The notes under the pieces were generated by a model, which did no database searches, had not been told where the DNA came from, and was given only the letters and a program-made list of their open reading frames with translations. A DNA stretch of 64,000 nucleotides from Flavobacteriales bacterium (GTDB lineage Bacteria > Bacteroidota > Bacteroidia > Flavobacteriales_C > GCA-002722245): the NCBI GenBank assembly GCA_002722245.1, contig PBLA01000007.1, positions 55,723 to 119,722 of the forward strand, in the 5' to 3' direction. The stretch's first letter is position 1; each line of letters opens with the position of its first letter. Position numbers and translations under genes: made by a program. Of this stretch, positions 1 to 9,154 are shown piece after piece.

Positions 1-1
1 A

Positions 2-427
2 AAAGTTCGACTGGATGCTGTAAACGGTCAATTAGTTTTAAATTCAATTGCGGAGCACTACATCATTACTGCTGATAAGGTTCACATCACAAATATGATT
101 AGTAATTTAATTGATAACGCCATCAAATACTCTCCAACATCACCTGAAATTATTATAACTACAAGAAATGTTAATGATGGTGTCGTTATTGATGTGAAGG
201 ATCATGGTATTGGTATCTCAAAAGAAAACGTGAATAAGATATTTGACAAACTATATAGAGTTCCCACCGGAAATGTTCATGACGTAAAAGGTTTTGGTTT
301 GGGATTGAGTTATGTTAAAGCAATTATCGATAAACACCAAGGAACAATTAAAGTATCAAGTCAATTAGGTAAAGGATCAACCTTTAGTATCCACTTACCT
401 TTCAAATTCAATGAAAATGAAGAATAA
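2..427 (+). CDS. Sensor histidine kinase, C-terminal ATPase part (5' end outside window)
   Basis: The frame is open from nt 2. It has an N-box (NLIDNAIKYS) and G-boxes (DHGIGI, GFGLGLSYV, GKGSTF). Its end overlaps the start of the downstream response regulator. Confidence 0.85.
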   Translation, partial: KVRLDAVNGQLVLNSIAEHYIITADKVHITNMISNLIDNAIKYSPTSPEIIITTRNVNDGVVIDVKDHGIGISKENVNKIFDKLYRVPTGNVHDVKGFGLGLSYVKAIIDKHQGTIKVSSQLGKGSTFSIHLPFKFNENEE

Positions 428-1115
428 AACAAACATTTTACTGGTAGAAGATGATCCAAATTTAGGGTCTTTATTACAAGAGTACATGATCGCTAAGGGG
501 TATAATTGTCAGTTGGAAACGGATGGAGATAAGGGGTTAAAAGCTTTCTTGAAGGGCTCTTTTGATCTTTGCGCACTCGATGTAATGATGCCTATAAAAG
601 ATGGGTTTACGCTTGCTAAAGAAATTCGAAATACAAACAAAACGATTCCAATCATCTTTTTAACTGCTAAATCGTTAAAAGAAGACAAAATAGAGGGCTT
701 TCAAAGCGGAGCAGACGATTACTTAACTAAACCATTTTCAATGGAAGAATTGTTGTTAAGAATTAAAGCGATATTGAGAAGAACTCAAGGGATACAGTCT
801 ATTCCAAATGATAAAAAGAATTACGATATCGGCGAACTTAATTTTGATTATGATAGAAGGATTTTAAAAGGGAATGAATCGTATGAGCAAAAGCTTACAA
901 GTAAAGAGGCCGATTTGTTAAAATTGTTATGTGAAAATACGAATGATGTGTTGGAGCGTTCTGTGGCACTGAATAAAATTTGGAAAGACGACAGTTACTT
1001 TAATGCCCGTTCAATGGATGTTTACATTACTAAGCTTCGAAAATATTTAAGGGCTGATCCTAATTTAGAGATCGTTAACATGCATGGTAGGGGATTTAAA
1101 CTACTTACCAATTAA
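411..1115 (+). CDS. Response regulator, OmpR/PhoB family (REC + winged helix)
   Basis: Receiver motifs ILLVEDD, LDVMMP and LTKPF are present. The C-terminal trans_reg_C region reads RSMDVYITKLRKYL...GRGFKL. It overlaps the kinase gene by 17 nt. Confidence 0.9.
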   Translation: MKMKNKTNILLVEDDPNLGSLLQEYMIAKGYNCQLETDGDKGLKAFLKGSFDLCALDVMMPIKDGFTLAKEIRNTNKTIPIIFLTAKSLKEDKIEGFQSGADDYLTKPFSMEELLLRIKAILRRTQGIQSIPNDKKNYDIGELNFDYDRRILKGNESYEQKLTSKEADLLKLLCENTNDVLERSVALNKIWKDDSYFNARSMDVYITKLRKYLRADPNLEIVNMHGRGFKLLTN

Positions 1116-1142
1116 TTTTTTATTTTATCGTTTAGTCAATAG

Positions 1143-1177
1143 AAAAAGGCAACGGGGATTTTCCTCGTTGCCTTTTT
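1143..1177. terminator. Bidirectional rho-independent terminator between convergent genes
   Basis: aaaaaggcaacg ... cgttgccttttt forms a 12-bp stem flanked by an A-run and a T-run. It serves the regulator (+) and the O-antigen-ligase-like gene (-). Confidence 0.8.
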
Positions 1178-2742
1178 TAATTCTTATGAATATTCGTAAA
1201 CATGATTGAATCTTTCTGCTCGAATAAAAATAAATTAAGCCATAATGCAAATATTGCTACTCCTGCCTGAGTTTCAATGGTGTCCTCCCAGAGCATACTA
1301 AAAATAAAAATCCCTTGAGTTAGCCAAAATAAATATTTCAAAGAACCATTATAATTTATAAAGAGATAACTATAAATACTTAGAAAAATAAGTAATCCAA
1401 TCACACCTATCGACACCCCTATAGTAATGTATTGATTGTGGGATTTTTTTTGAAAAAGTTCTTCATGATAATTAGGACGAAGTTGGTATTTTTTAATCAT
1501 TTCATCTTTCACATCTCCTGTTCCTACCCCTATAAAAAAATGATCTTTCCATACCTGAATACCGGTAGAGGAATAAATGAACCTTGAGGTTACGGAGTTT
1601 CCTTTGTACCTACCTCTACGAATCGCCTCATCAATCTCCCAAAATAATTGATGTATTCTTTTTGAAATTGGATTCGCTTTCAAATAATACGCATTAGTTA
1701 CCCCTTGCTCTATTGCTGTAATCTCCTCATTGTTTAACTGACTAATACCTACGGAGTCTTTTTTTAATCCCCTAGAGCTTAAATATCTCAGTATTTTTGC
1801 ATTAAATTGAAATTTATCTTGTGTTGATGAGTAAGGCACTGAACTCCTCTTATTCCATTCTTTCCTTAGCTCCTCATGACATACATGGCGATGCACATAA
1901 TATCCATTTTCTTTCCCACCATTATCATTAAAGGTATACCGCCCTCCACTTAATGTTCTTTCTTCTTCCTGCAAGATATGTTCAGCAAAAACCATTTTTG
2001 ATATGGTATACACTTCTCTTAAAAAGTATACACTCAAAATACCAAAACTAAGTAGCACTGTAATTGCTATCCTTTTGAATCCTTTAAGAAGATAAATAAT
2101 GAAATAAAGACTTACCAAAGGAAGAAAAACCAATCCTGTTAAACTCTCAGAGAATGAAAAAAAGAAAATAATCCAACCAATTGGAAGTAATAACATCCAC
2201 TTCCAATAAGAAGTTATCTTAACTAATCCCCAAAGCGCTATTCCATAGGCCATAGTAAGGATAAGTGATAATCGAATTAAACTAATATATGGAGATAACG
2301 ATCTTAAATTGACGACTTGATCTGCATCTAAATTAATTTGATAATTTACAAAACCAATAATAGTTGCCACAATAGCTGAAGCAGCCATTAAGCTTAGAAC
2401 AATTAATATATGCCCTCTTTTTATGGTAAAAGACACACCAAACAGGACAGGAAGAATAAAAATAGGCGCCTTAATTCTGAGGTCCTTTAACCCGTAGGTT
2501 AAATTTTCAGAATGAAGAAGACCTAACACGAAAATAAGGAATAGAACTGCAGAAAAAATTATTGGTTTCCAATTCGTTTTAAATACTATGATTTTTTCCT
2601 TCCAATTCCATTGAACAAACCAAGCTATTGCCATTAAAAACATCCCAACTGAAGTAGCTGCCTTTGAAACAGGAATAGCAGCTGCCAATCCAAAAAGCCC
2701 GGTATAAAAAAGATAATCAGCTATTTTTCGATGACCTGGCAT
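1177..2742 (-). CDS. O-antigen ligase (Wzy_C/WaaL-like) family polytopic membrane protein
   Basis: About 10 or more hydrophobic helices surround a roughly 180-aa hydrophilic loop. That loop is followed by GVGTGD...SHNQYITIGVSIGVIGLL, typical of the O-antigen ligase family. The gene starts 3 nt after the upstream S41 peptidase gene. Confidence 0.6.
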   Translation of the reverse strand: MPGHRKIADYLFYTGLFGLAAAIPVSKAATSVGMFLMAIAWFVQWNWKEKIIVFKTNWKPIIFSAVLFLIFVLGLLHSENLTYGLKDLRIKAPIFILPVLFGVSFTIKRGHILIVLSLMAASAIVATIIGFVNYQINLDADQVVNLRSLSPYISLIRLSLILTMAYGIALWGLVKITSYWKWMLLLPIGWIIFFFSFSESLTGLVFLPLVSLYFIIYLLKGFKRIAITVLLSFGILSVYFLREVYTISKMVFAEHILQEEERTLSGGRYTFNDNGGKENGYYVHRHVCHEELRKEWNKRSSVPYSSTQDKFQFNAKILRYLSSRGLKKDSVGISQLNNEEITAIEQGVTNAYYLKANPISKRIHQLFWEIDEAIRRGRYKGNSVTSRFIYSSTGIQVWKDHFFIGVGTGDVKDEMIKKYQLRPNYHEELFQKKSHNQYITIGVSIGVIGLLIFLSIYSYLFINYNGSLKYLFWLTQGIFIFSMLWEDTIETQAGVAIFALWLNLFLFEQKDSIMFTNIHKN

Positions 2743-2745
2743 AAA

Positions 2746-4422
2746 TCAGTTCGATCCCGAGAGTATTGATTGATACTGTTTTTGATCAACTAAAATTGAA
2801 ATTGCCTTATCAATGTCAACGTCTCCACTCAATCGATTTTGTATTCGACCTTTTTGATAATAATACCGTGTAGATATTTCCATTTCAATAAGTTTCTTTA
2901 GCTCGGCCTTATATTCTTGTAACTTAATCTTCTTTTGAGCCTGGAGTTTTTCTTTGATTTTTTGAAGCTCATCATTGATTTCATTTAACACACCATCCTT
3001 TTCTGCCTTTTTTTCAAACTTACTTAATAATTTTCCTGACCCTGTATTATATTCATATTCGGTGGTATCCACAAAGTTTAAGAAACGGTTATAATCCTCT
3101 TCTGTTATTCTAAAATCTTTAGCTGAAACAATCGTATCATGCTCCAAAACATAGTTTGTTGCAAATTGAAAAATCATATGATTCGCTGCTAAAGCCTTTG
3201 TTATAGGAGCATATCCTTCTCGTTCCACTTGAATATCTGGCTTGATTCCAGCACCATCTAATACAATTCTTCCATTTTTCGTTTTAAATTCTGTTAACAA
3301 TGAATCAGGTGTTTTACTTACTTTTCCATTTTTATCCTTTCTGGAATAATCAATGGCTTGAATACATCGTCCACTTGGAATATAATACTTCGCAGTGGTT
3401 ACTTTCATACTGGTGTTGTACTTTAATTTTCGTGTAGTTTGGACCAAACCTTTACCATAGGAATTTCTACCCAAGACTACAGCCCGATCAAAATCCTGCA
3501 AAGACCCACTCACAATCTCAGAGGCCGAAGCAGATCCGCCATCAATTAGAACAACTATGGGGATGTTTTTATCAATAGGGGTATTTAGGGTTTCGTAGAC
3601 TTTTGTCCACTCTTTTATCTTTCCTCGAGTTTCTACGACCTTTATCCCTCGTTTTGTAAATAACCCTACCGTATTTATCGCCTCGAATAACAACCCTCCA
3701 GGATTACCTCTCAAATCAAACACCAATGATTTAAACCCTTTATTCTTTTTAAGATTCAAAAAAGCCTCTTTTACATCTTTTGTTACATTTCTAGTGAAAC
3801 TTGACATTTTAATATAGCCTATTTCATCTGTTAACATACCAGAGTAAGGAACACTCTTTATTTGAACTTTGTCTCTCTTAAAAGAAATGTCAAAGATGTC
3901 CTTTTTACCAGGTCTTTTTATCGTCACCGTTAAACTTGTCCCAGGATTTCCTTTTAAAATTTTACTAAGGTCACTGGTTGATTTACCTTTTACATCTTTT
4001 CCGTCAACCTTTAAGATAATATCACCTGCTTTCAATCCTGCTTTATAGGCAGGAAATCCCTCATAAGGCTCTCCTATCACTACAAAATCATTTATTTTTC
4101 TAATTCTTGCGCCTATTCCTCCATACTGACCTGTTGTCATTAACTTATAACTTTCTATATCTGATTCTGGATAATATACCGTATAAGGGTCTAAACTTTC
4201 CAACATGGCATCAATACCTGTTTTCATTAGATCTCCTGGCTGAGTTCCATCCACATATCGTGAATTAACCTCCTTGTAAACTTCAGTAAATATGTCCAGA
4301 TTCTTTCCGATCTCAAATCGATCAGATGTTTCTTCATTCTCTACAAAACTTATTCCTAAAATCAATAAGGCTATGAACCCCAACAAAAAATATATTTTAC
4401 TTTTTCCCATAATCCTCAACAT
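2746..4422 (-). CDS. S41 carboxy-terminal processing peptidase with PDZ domain
   Basis: It has an N-terminal signal/anchor and a PDZ-like segment (GLKAGDIILKVDGKDV). The S41 core reads LRGNPGG...DGGSASASEIVSG...GKGLVQ. Confidence 0.85.
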   Translation of the reverse strand: MLRIMGKSKIYFLLGFIALLILGISFVENEETSDRFEIGKNLDIFTEVYKEVNSRYVDGTQPGDLMKTGIDAMLESLDPYTVYYPESDIESYKLMTTGQYGGIGARIRKINDFVVIGEPYEGFPAYKAGLKAGDIILKVDGKDVKGKSTSDLSKILKGNPGTSLTVTIKRPGKKDIFDISFKRDKVQIKSVPYSGMLTDEIGYIKMSSFTRNVTKDVKEAFLNLKKNKGFKSLVFDLRGNPGGLLFEAINTVGLFTKRGIKVVETRGKIKEWTKVYETLNTPIDKNIPIVVLIDGGSASASEIVSGSLQDFDRAVVLGRNSYGKGLVQTTRKLKYNTSMKVTTAKYYIPSGRCIQAIDYSRKDKNGKVSKTPDSLLTEFKTKNGRIVLDGAGIKPDIQVEREGYAPITKALAANHMIFQFATNYVLEHDTIVSAKDFRITEEDYNRFLNFVDTTEYEYNTGSGKLLSKFEKKAEKDGVLNEINDELQKIKEKLQAQKKIKLQEYKAELKKLIEMEISTRYYYQKGRIQNRLSGDVDIDKAISILVDQKQYQSILSGSN

Positions 4423-4795
4423 CTTGAGCTAAACGCGTGAGTAAATCTTTTATTTTAATTTCCACCAAATTGAAATTAGGCATTGCGTTCGTATTGCACA
4501 CAAACATCACATTTACAGAAACCGAATGTTTATACAATGGATTATGTAAAATTGTTTTATTTATTCTAATCGCCTCTTTCATTAGTCTTTTCAATCGATT
4601 TCGATCAACTGCCTTTTTAAACTTTTTTTTCGGAACAGAAACGCCAAATTTCACAATTGGACTTTTGGATTTCTTTATTGAATAAAAAGCTCTAAATGGA
4701 AAAGAAGTTTTTGACTTCTTTTCTCCAGAGAATAACGCAGAAACTGCTTTGGTTCCTTTTAATCGCTCTTCTTTTCCCAGGTTTTTATCCATCAT
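4397..4795 (-). CDS. rnpA: Ribonuclease P protein component
   Basis: This is a 132-aa basic protein with the RNase P protein RNR-type motif (AVDRNRLKRLMKEAIR). It overlaps the downstream peptidase gene by 26 nt. Confidence 0.8.
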   Translation of the reverse strand: MMDKNLGKEERLKGTKAVSALFSGEKKSKTSFPFRAFYSIKKSKSPIVKFGVSVPKKKFKKAVDRNRLKRLMKEAIRINKTILHNPLYKHSVSVNVMFVCNTNAMPNFNLVEIKIKDLLTRLAQDVEDYGKK

Positions 4796-4801
4796 CTTTT
4801 A

Positions 4802-4828
4802 AACAAAAAAACAGTCTAATAAGACTGC
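4802..4828 (-). terminator. Terminator after trkA
   Basis: On the minus strand, cagtct-tatt-agactg is followed by tttttttg. The stem is 6 bp. It sits between the trkA stop and the rnpA start. Confidence 0.5.
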
Positions 4829-4854
4829 TCCAAATTTGGATTTTAATAGACGAA

Positions 4855-5550
4855 CTAACTATTAATTTCAATAAATCTTTTAATATCTCGAGAGGTTCCG
4901 AATACTATTAAAGTATCGGTCTCTTTAATAATTGTATCGGAGGTTGGGACACCAAGTATATGTTGCACAACCTCTACAGCATCACCCCGGTCTTCTTCAA
5001 AGCAACGTTTTACAGTAATCAAGTTTAAACGATATTTATTACGCAGTCCAATCTCTTCTACTGTTCGTTCGGCAATGTCCTTTGGAGGTTTTATTTCAGC
5101 CACTTCATAATCATCGGGTAATTGTAAAAACGAAACAATATTCGGATTTATTAATTGCTCTGCCACATATACACCAATTTCTTTTTCTGGCTCAAGAATT
5201 TCCTCAATACCCATTTTTTGCAAGATGGCTTTTTGATTTTCATCATTTGATCGTGCAATAATGCGTTTAACACCTAATTCTTTCAATTGAAAACAGCACA
5301 ACAATAACGCCTCAAAATTTGCGCCTATTGCAACCACCACCGCATCACATTCATTTATATTTTGCGACTCTAAGGCTTTTCCATCAGTTGCATCCATCGT
5401 GACAGCAAGTGCTACAAAATCTTCTACCTCCTCTACCAGTTCTTCTCTATTATCAATCGCAATGACCTCAGCACCTCTATCGCTTAAAATTTGAGCAATG
5501 GATCTACCGTATTTACCCATTCCAATTACTGAAAACTTTGTTCCTCTCAT
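4855..5550 (-). CDS. trkA: TrkA/KtrA-type K+ transport regulatory protein (RCK N and C domains)
   Basis: A Rossmann motif (VIGMGKYGRSIAQIL) is followed by a TrkA_C-like C-terminal half. The protein is 231 aa with no membrane segment. Confidence 0.8.
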   Translation of the reverse strand: MRGTKFSVIGMGKYGRSIAQILSDRGAEVIAIDNREELVEEVEDFVALAVTMDATDGKALESQNINECDAVVVAIGANFEALLLCCFQLKELGVKRIIARSNDENQKAILQKMGIEEILEPEKEIGVYVAEQLINPNIVSFLQLPDDYEVAEIKPPKDIAERTVEEIGLRNKYRLNLITVKRCFEEDRGDAVEVVQHILGVPTSDTIIKETDTLIVFGTSRDIKRFIEINS

Positions 5551-5553
5551 AAT

Positions 5554-6702
5554 TTATATTTTTTCAATTGCTTGTTCTAAATCTTTGATCAAATCTTCAA
5601 TATCTTCTATACCTACACTCAATCTGATTAAAGAATCCACAATACCCATTTTTTTTCTTTCTGTCTTGGGTATAGCAGCATGCGTCATGGTTGCAGGATG
5701 TCCACACAAAGACTCTACCCCACCTAAAGATTCTGCTAAACTAAAAATTTTAGTACTGGAAAGCACTGTTTTAGCATCGTGAATTTTATCTCCCTTCAAT
5801 GTAAAAGATAACATCCCCCCATAATTTCTCATCTGCTCTGTGGCGATTTTGTTATTAGGATGAGTGCTTAAACCAGGATAATATACGTTATCTACTTTTG
5901 GATGACTAATCAAATATTGCGCTACCTTCATGGCATTTTCACAATGCCTTTCCATCCTTACATGGAGTGTTTTTATACCCCTTAGCGTAAGAAAGCAATC
6001 CTGAGGACCAGGAACCGCTCCACATGAATTTTGGATGAACGCTAATTGTTCGGCTAATGTTTGATTTTTTAACACAATAGCCCCCATCACTACATCACTA
6101 TGGCCCGCAATAAATTTTGTAATACTATGAATTACCAAATCAACCCCTAAATCCAATGGGTTTTGAAGATATGGAGAAGCAAATGTATTGTCTACAGCTG
6201 TACGAATATTATTCTTTCTGCCAATCTCCGCAATCTTCTTTACATCAATAATATTCATCATTGGATTAGTAGGGGTTTCTATCCAAATCATTTTTGTTTG
6301 ATCATTAATAAGTTCTTCTAAACTTAATAAATCATTCATTTCTACAAAATGAAATTTCAATCCCCAGCTGGCATAAACTTGAGTAAATAAACGATATGAG
6401 CCGCCATACAAATCGCAAGAAGATATAATCTCATCACCAGGCTTAAAGGTTTTTAATAGCGCATCCATAGCTGCCAGTCCACTGGAAAAGGCAAGGGCGT
6501 GTGTCCCGTTCTCAATGGCAGCAAGATTTTTTTCCAATGCATGCCTTGTAGGATTTAATGTTCTTGAATATTCATACCCTTTATGTTCTCCTGGTGAGGA
6601 TTGAACAAACGTACTTGTTTGATAAATTGGCGTCATAATGGCACCAGTGGCTGAATCAGGATGAGTACCCGCGTGTATTGCTTTTGTTCCAAATTTATTC
6701 AT
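5554..6702 (-). CDS. PLP-dependent Cys/Met metabolism enzyme (cystathionine gamma-synthase / beta-lyase / gamma-lyase family)
   Basis: The whole length resembles the MetB/MetC family, and the PLP lysine motif is HSITKFIAGHSD. The ORF track starts at TTG 6705; the adjacent ATG at 6702 is the more likely start. Confidence 0.85.
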   Translation of the reverse strand: MNKFGTKAIHAGTHPDSATGAIMTPIYQTSTFVQSSPGEHKGYEYSRTLNPTRHALEKNLAAIENGTHALAFSSGLAAMDALLKTFKPGDEIISSCDLYGGSYRLFTQVYASWGLKFHFVEMNDLLSLEELINDQTKMIWIETPTNPMMNIIDVKKIAEIGRKNNIRTAVDNTFASPYLQNPLDLGVDLVIHSITKFIAGHSDVVMGAIVLKNQTLAEQLAFIQNSCGAVPGPQDCFLTLRGIKTLHVRMERHCENAMKVAQYLISHPKVDNVYYPGLSTHPNNKIATEQMRNYGGMLSFTLKGDKIHDAKTVLSSTKIFSLAESLGGVESLCGHPATMTHAAIPKTERKKMGIVDSLIRLSVGIEDIEDLIKDLEQAIEKI

Positions 6703-6781
6703 CAATCAAGTAATCTTTCTTTTCTGACAAGCTGTTTAAAGGATAGAGGGTCTTTCTCTATTCTGCAGCCCAAATTCCCTT

Positions 6782-8824
6782 TTAAGCGATGATGGCTCCG
6801 TTGTTCACTTTTGAACTTGGAGAAATAAATTGTAATTCTCCTTGGTTATTTTCTGCCATCAAAATCATTCCCTCAGACTCTATCCCTAACATAGTTCTAG
6901 GCGCTAGATTCACTAAAATAGACACCTGTTGACCAATAATTTCCTCTGGCTTATAAAATTTAGCTATTCCTGATACAACTGTTCTTTGATCAATTCCTGT
7001 ATCAACTGTCAATTTTAATAACTTTTTCGCTTTCTTAATTTTCTCTGCTTCAATAATTGTCCCTACACGAATATCCATTTTTTGGAAATCATCAAATGAG
7101 GTTGTTCCTTTTTGAGGCTCTACATCCTTTTCATTGATTTCAGCCTCCGCTTTTGCCTTCTGAAGCTTCAGCCTTTGATCTTCTACCACACTATCATCTA
7201 ATCGTTCAAAGAGCAAAGATGGTGTATTAATTTTATGTCCGGAAGGAATGTTTTCCTCTTCTAAACTCTCCCAATTTAATGTTTTAAGGTTCAACATTGC
7301 CTTTAACTTAGCGGACGTTTCAGGTAAAAATGGCTCGCATAAAATGGAGAGCTTAGCAGTAATTTGAACGGCAATATTTAATATTGTCTTCACCCTATTC
7401 TCATCTTCTTTTATCAACTTCCAGGGTTCTGTTTCGGCTAAATATTTATTTCCTAATGAAGAAAGCTTCATTAACTCTCCTAAAGCCTCCTTGTACCGAT
7501 GTTTTTCAATACTCGAACTAATTTTTTGAGGATACTGATTCATTTGATCAATGACAGCTTCATCCTGCTCAGTTAGGGATTCTTTTTCAGGAACTTCTCC
7601 TTGCCAATATTTGTTTGTTAAAACAAGGGCTCTATTAACAAAATTACCCAAGTTTGCGACCAGTTCATTATTATTTTTTGCTTGAAAATCTGACCATGTA
7701 AAATCAGCATCCTTTTGTTCCGGTAAGATTGAGCAAAGGACGTATCGTAAAACATCCGTTTTGTCTGGGAAATCATTCAGATAATCATCCAGCCAAACAG
7801 CCCAATTCTTTGAAGTAGAAAATTTATCTCCTTCTAAATTTAAAAACTCGTTGGCGGGAATATTTTGAGGTAAGATGTAATCTCCCATGGATTTTAACAT
7901 GCTCGGAAAGATGACCGAATGAAAAACAATATTATCTTTTCCAAGAAAATGAACCAATTTGGAGTTCCCTGGTTTTTTCCAATAATCTTCCCAATTTCTA
8001 TTGGGATCATTTTCTAACAGTTGTTTTGTAAACGAAACATAACCAATAGGCGCATCAAACCAAACGTATAGTACTTTTCCTTCTCCACCCTCAACAGGAA
8101 CAGGTACACCCCAATCCAGATCTCTTGTTATGGCTCTTGGATGTAATCCTGCATCCAGCCATGACTTTACCTGCCCATAAACATTTGGCTTCAAAAGCGA
8201 TTTCTTCGATTCTATCCAATCTATCAACCATCCCTCAAATTGATCAAGTGGTAGAAACCAATGTTTTGTTTCTTTTAAAATAGGCTTATTCCCACTTAGT
8301 GTTGACCTTGGATTCACTAAATCCGTTGGACTTAGTGAAGTACCGCAATTCTCACATTGATCACCATAAGCTTCCTCATGTGCACAATTTGGACAGGTAC
8401 CAATGATGTATCGATCCGCTAAAAATTGATTATTTTCTTCATCAAAGTATTGCTGGGCAACGCTTTCCGTAAAAACACCATCTGAAGATAGCTTTTTAAA
8501 CCAATCGCTTGCCATGTCATAGTGAATCGATGAAGAGGTTTGTCCAAAAACATCCAACGAAATACCGAGCCCTTTTAATGACTCTTTTATACTCTTATGA
8601 TAACGATCAACTACTTGTTTAGGCGTAACTCCTTCTTTTTTCGCTTTGATAGAAATAGGAACTCCGTGTTCATCGGTTCCACCAATAAAAACAACATCTT
8701 CTCCTTTAGCACGGAGGTATCGAACGTATATATCAGCCGGTATATAAACCCCTGCAACATGTCCTAAATGAAGAGGTCCATTTGCATAAGGTAAAGCAGT
8801 GGTTACAGTATATCTTTTTGCCAT
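6782..8824 (-). CDS. metG: Methionine--tRNA ligase with C-terminal tRNA-binding domain
   Basis: It carries the HIGH motif (HLGHVAG), a KMSKS variant (KFSTSKN) and a zinc knuckle (CPNC...CENC). The C-terminus has a Trbp111/EMAP-like domain. Confidence 0.95.
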   Translation of the reverse strand: MAKRYTVTTALPYANGPLHLGHVAGVYIPADIYVRYLRAKGEDVVFIGGTDEHGVPISIKAKKEGVTPKQVVDRYHKSIKESLKGLGISLDVFGQTSSSIHYDMASDWFKKLSSDGVFTESVAQQYFDEENNQFLADRYIIGTCPNCAHEEAYGDQCENCGTSLSPTDLVNPRSTLSGNKPILKETKHWFLPLDQFEGWLIDWIESKKSLLKPNVYGQVKSWLDAGLHPRAITRDLDWGVPVPVEGGEGKVLYVWFDAPIGYVSFTKQLLENDPNRNWEDYWKKPGNSKLVHFLGKDNIVFHSVIFPSMLKSMGDYILPQNIPANEFLNLEGDKFSTSKNWAVWLDDYLNDFPDKTDVLRYVLCSILPEQKDADFTWSDFQAKNNNELVANLGNFVNRALVLTNKYWQGEVPEKESLTEQDEAVIDQMNQYPQKISSSIEKHRYKEALGELMKLSSLGNKYLAETEPWKLIKEDENRVKTILNIAVQITAKLSILCEPFLPETSAKLKAMLNLKTLNWESLEEENIPSGHKINTPSLLFERLDDSVVEDQRLKLQKAKAEAEINEKDVEPQKGTTSFDDFQKMDIRVGTIIEAEKIKKAKKLLKLTVDTGIDQRTVVSGIAKFYKPEEIIGQQVSILVNLAPRTMLGIESEGMILMAENNQGELQFISPSSKVNNGAIIA

Positions 8825-8828
8825 AGGG

Positions 8829-8836
8829 CAAAATTA
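8829..8836 (-). promoter_or_regulatory. -7 box TAATTTTG, 4 nt upstream of the metG ATG
   Basis: The minus strand reads TAATTTTGccctATG, a perfect match to Bacteroidetes TAnnTTTG. Confidence 0.5.
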
Positions 8837-8864
8837 ATGAAATCGGAGTGAAATAAGATGTAAT

Positions 8865-9017
8865 TTATTTTTTCTCCCCAGACACGCGCTCTCCTTCTGG
8901 ATTATCTTCTTCAAGATAAAGTGGATCAACATATGAATCAAATGGCGGAATCTTACACGAAGACAAGCATATAGCAGTAAACACCACACTTGCAATTACT
9001 ATTTTTGGTAAGTTCAT
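8865..9017 (-). CDS. Small putative lipoprotein (50 aa), not in the ORF track
   Basis: My own translation is MNLPKIVIASVVFTAICLSSCKIPPFDSYVDPLYLEEDNPEGERVSGEKK. It has a signal peptide and a lipobox (LSSC). A TATTTTTA -7-like box lies 5 nt upstream of the ATG. Confidence 0.45.
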   Translation of the reverse strand: MNLPKIVIASVVFTAICLSSCKIPPFDSYVDPLYLEEDNPEGERVSGEKK

Positions 9018-9022
9018 AGTTG

Positions 9023-9030
9023 TAAAAATA
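9023..9030 (-). promoter_or_regulatory. -7-like box TATTTTTA, 5 nt upstream of the small lipoprotein ORF
   Basis: The minus strand reads TATTTTTAcaactATG. Confidence 0.3.
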
Positions 9031-9139
9031 GGCATAAATCTTTATTTGAAAAATAAGATCGTTATTTCATTCAAAAAATGATTTTTGTGACACTATTCAG
9101 AATCCGAGGAGGTTTGTTGAACTGAAGGTAATTAAGTAG

Positions 9140-9147
9140 TAACTTTG
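9140..9147 (+). promoter_or_regulatory. -7 box TAACTTTG, 7 nt upstream of the rlmN TTG start
   Basis: The sequence is TAACTTTGcacaacaTTG. Confidence 0.4.
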
Positions 9148-9154
9148 CACAACA

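Noticed and set aside
6706-6781. A possible SAM-responsive riboswitch (SAM-II type) in the leader of the cystathionine-family gene.
   Set aside because: The gap is only 76 nt, and part of it is a hairpin (ATAGAG...CTCTAT) that looks like the end of the metG transcript. I could not reconstruct the SAM-II pseudoknot consensus from memory with confidence. A covariance-model scan would settle it.
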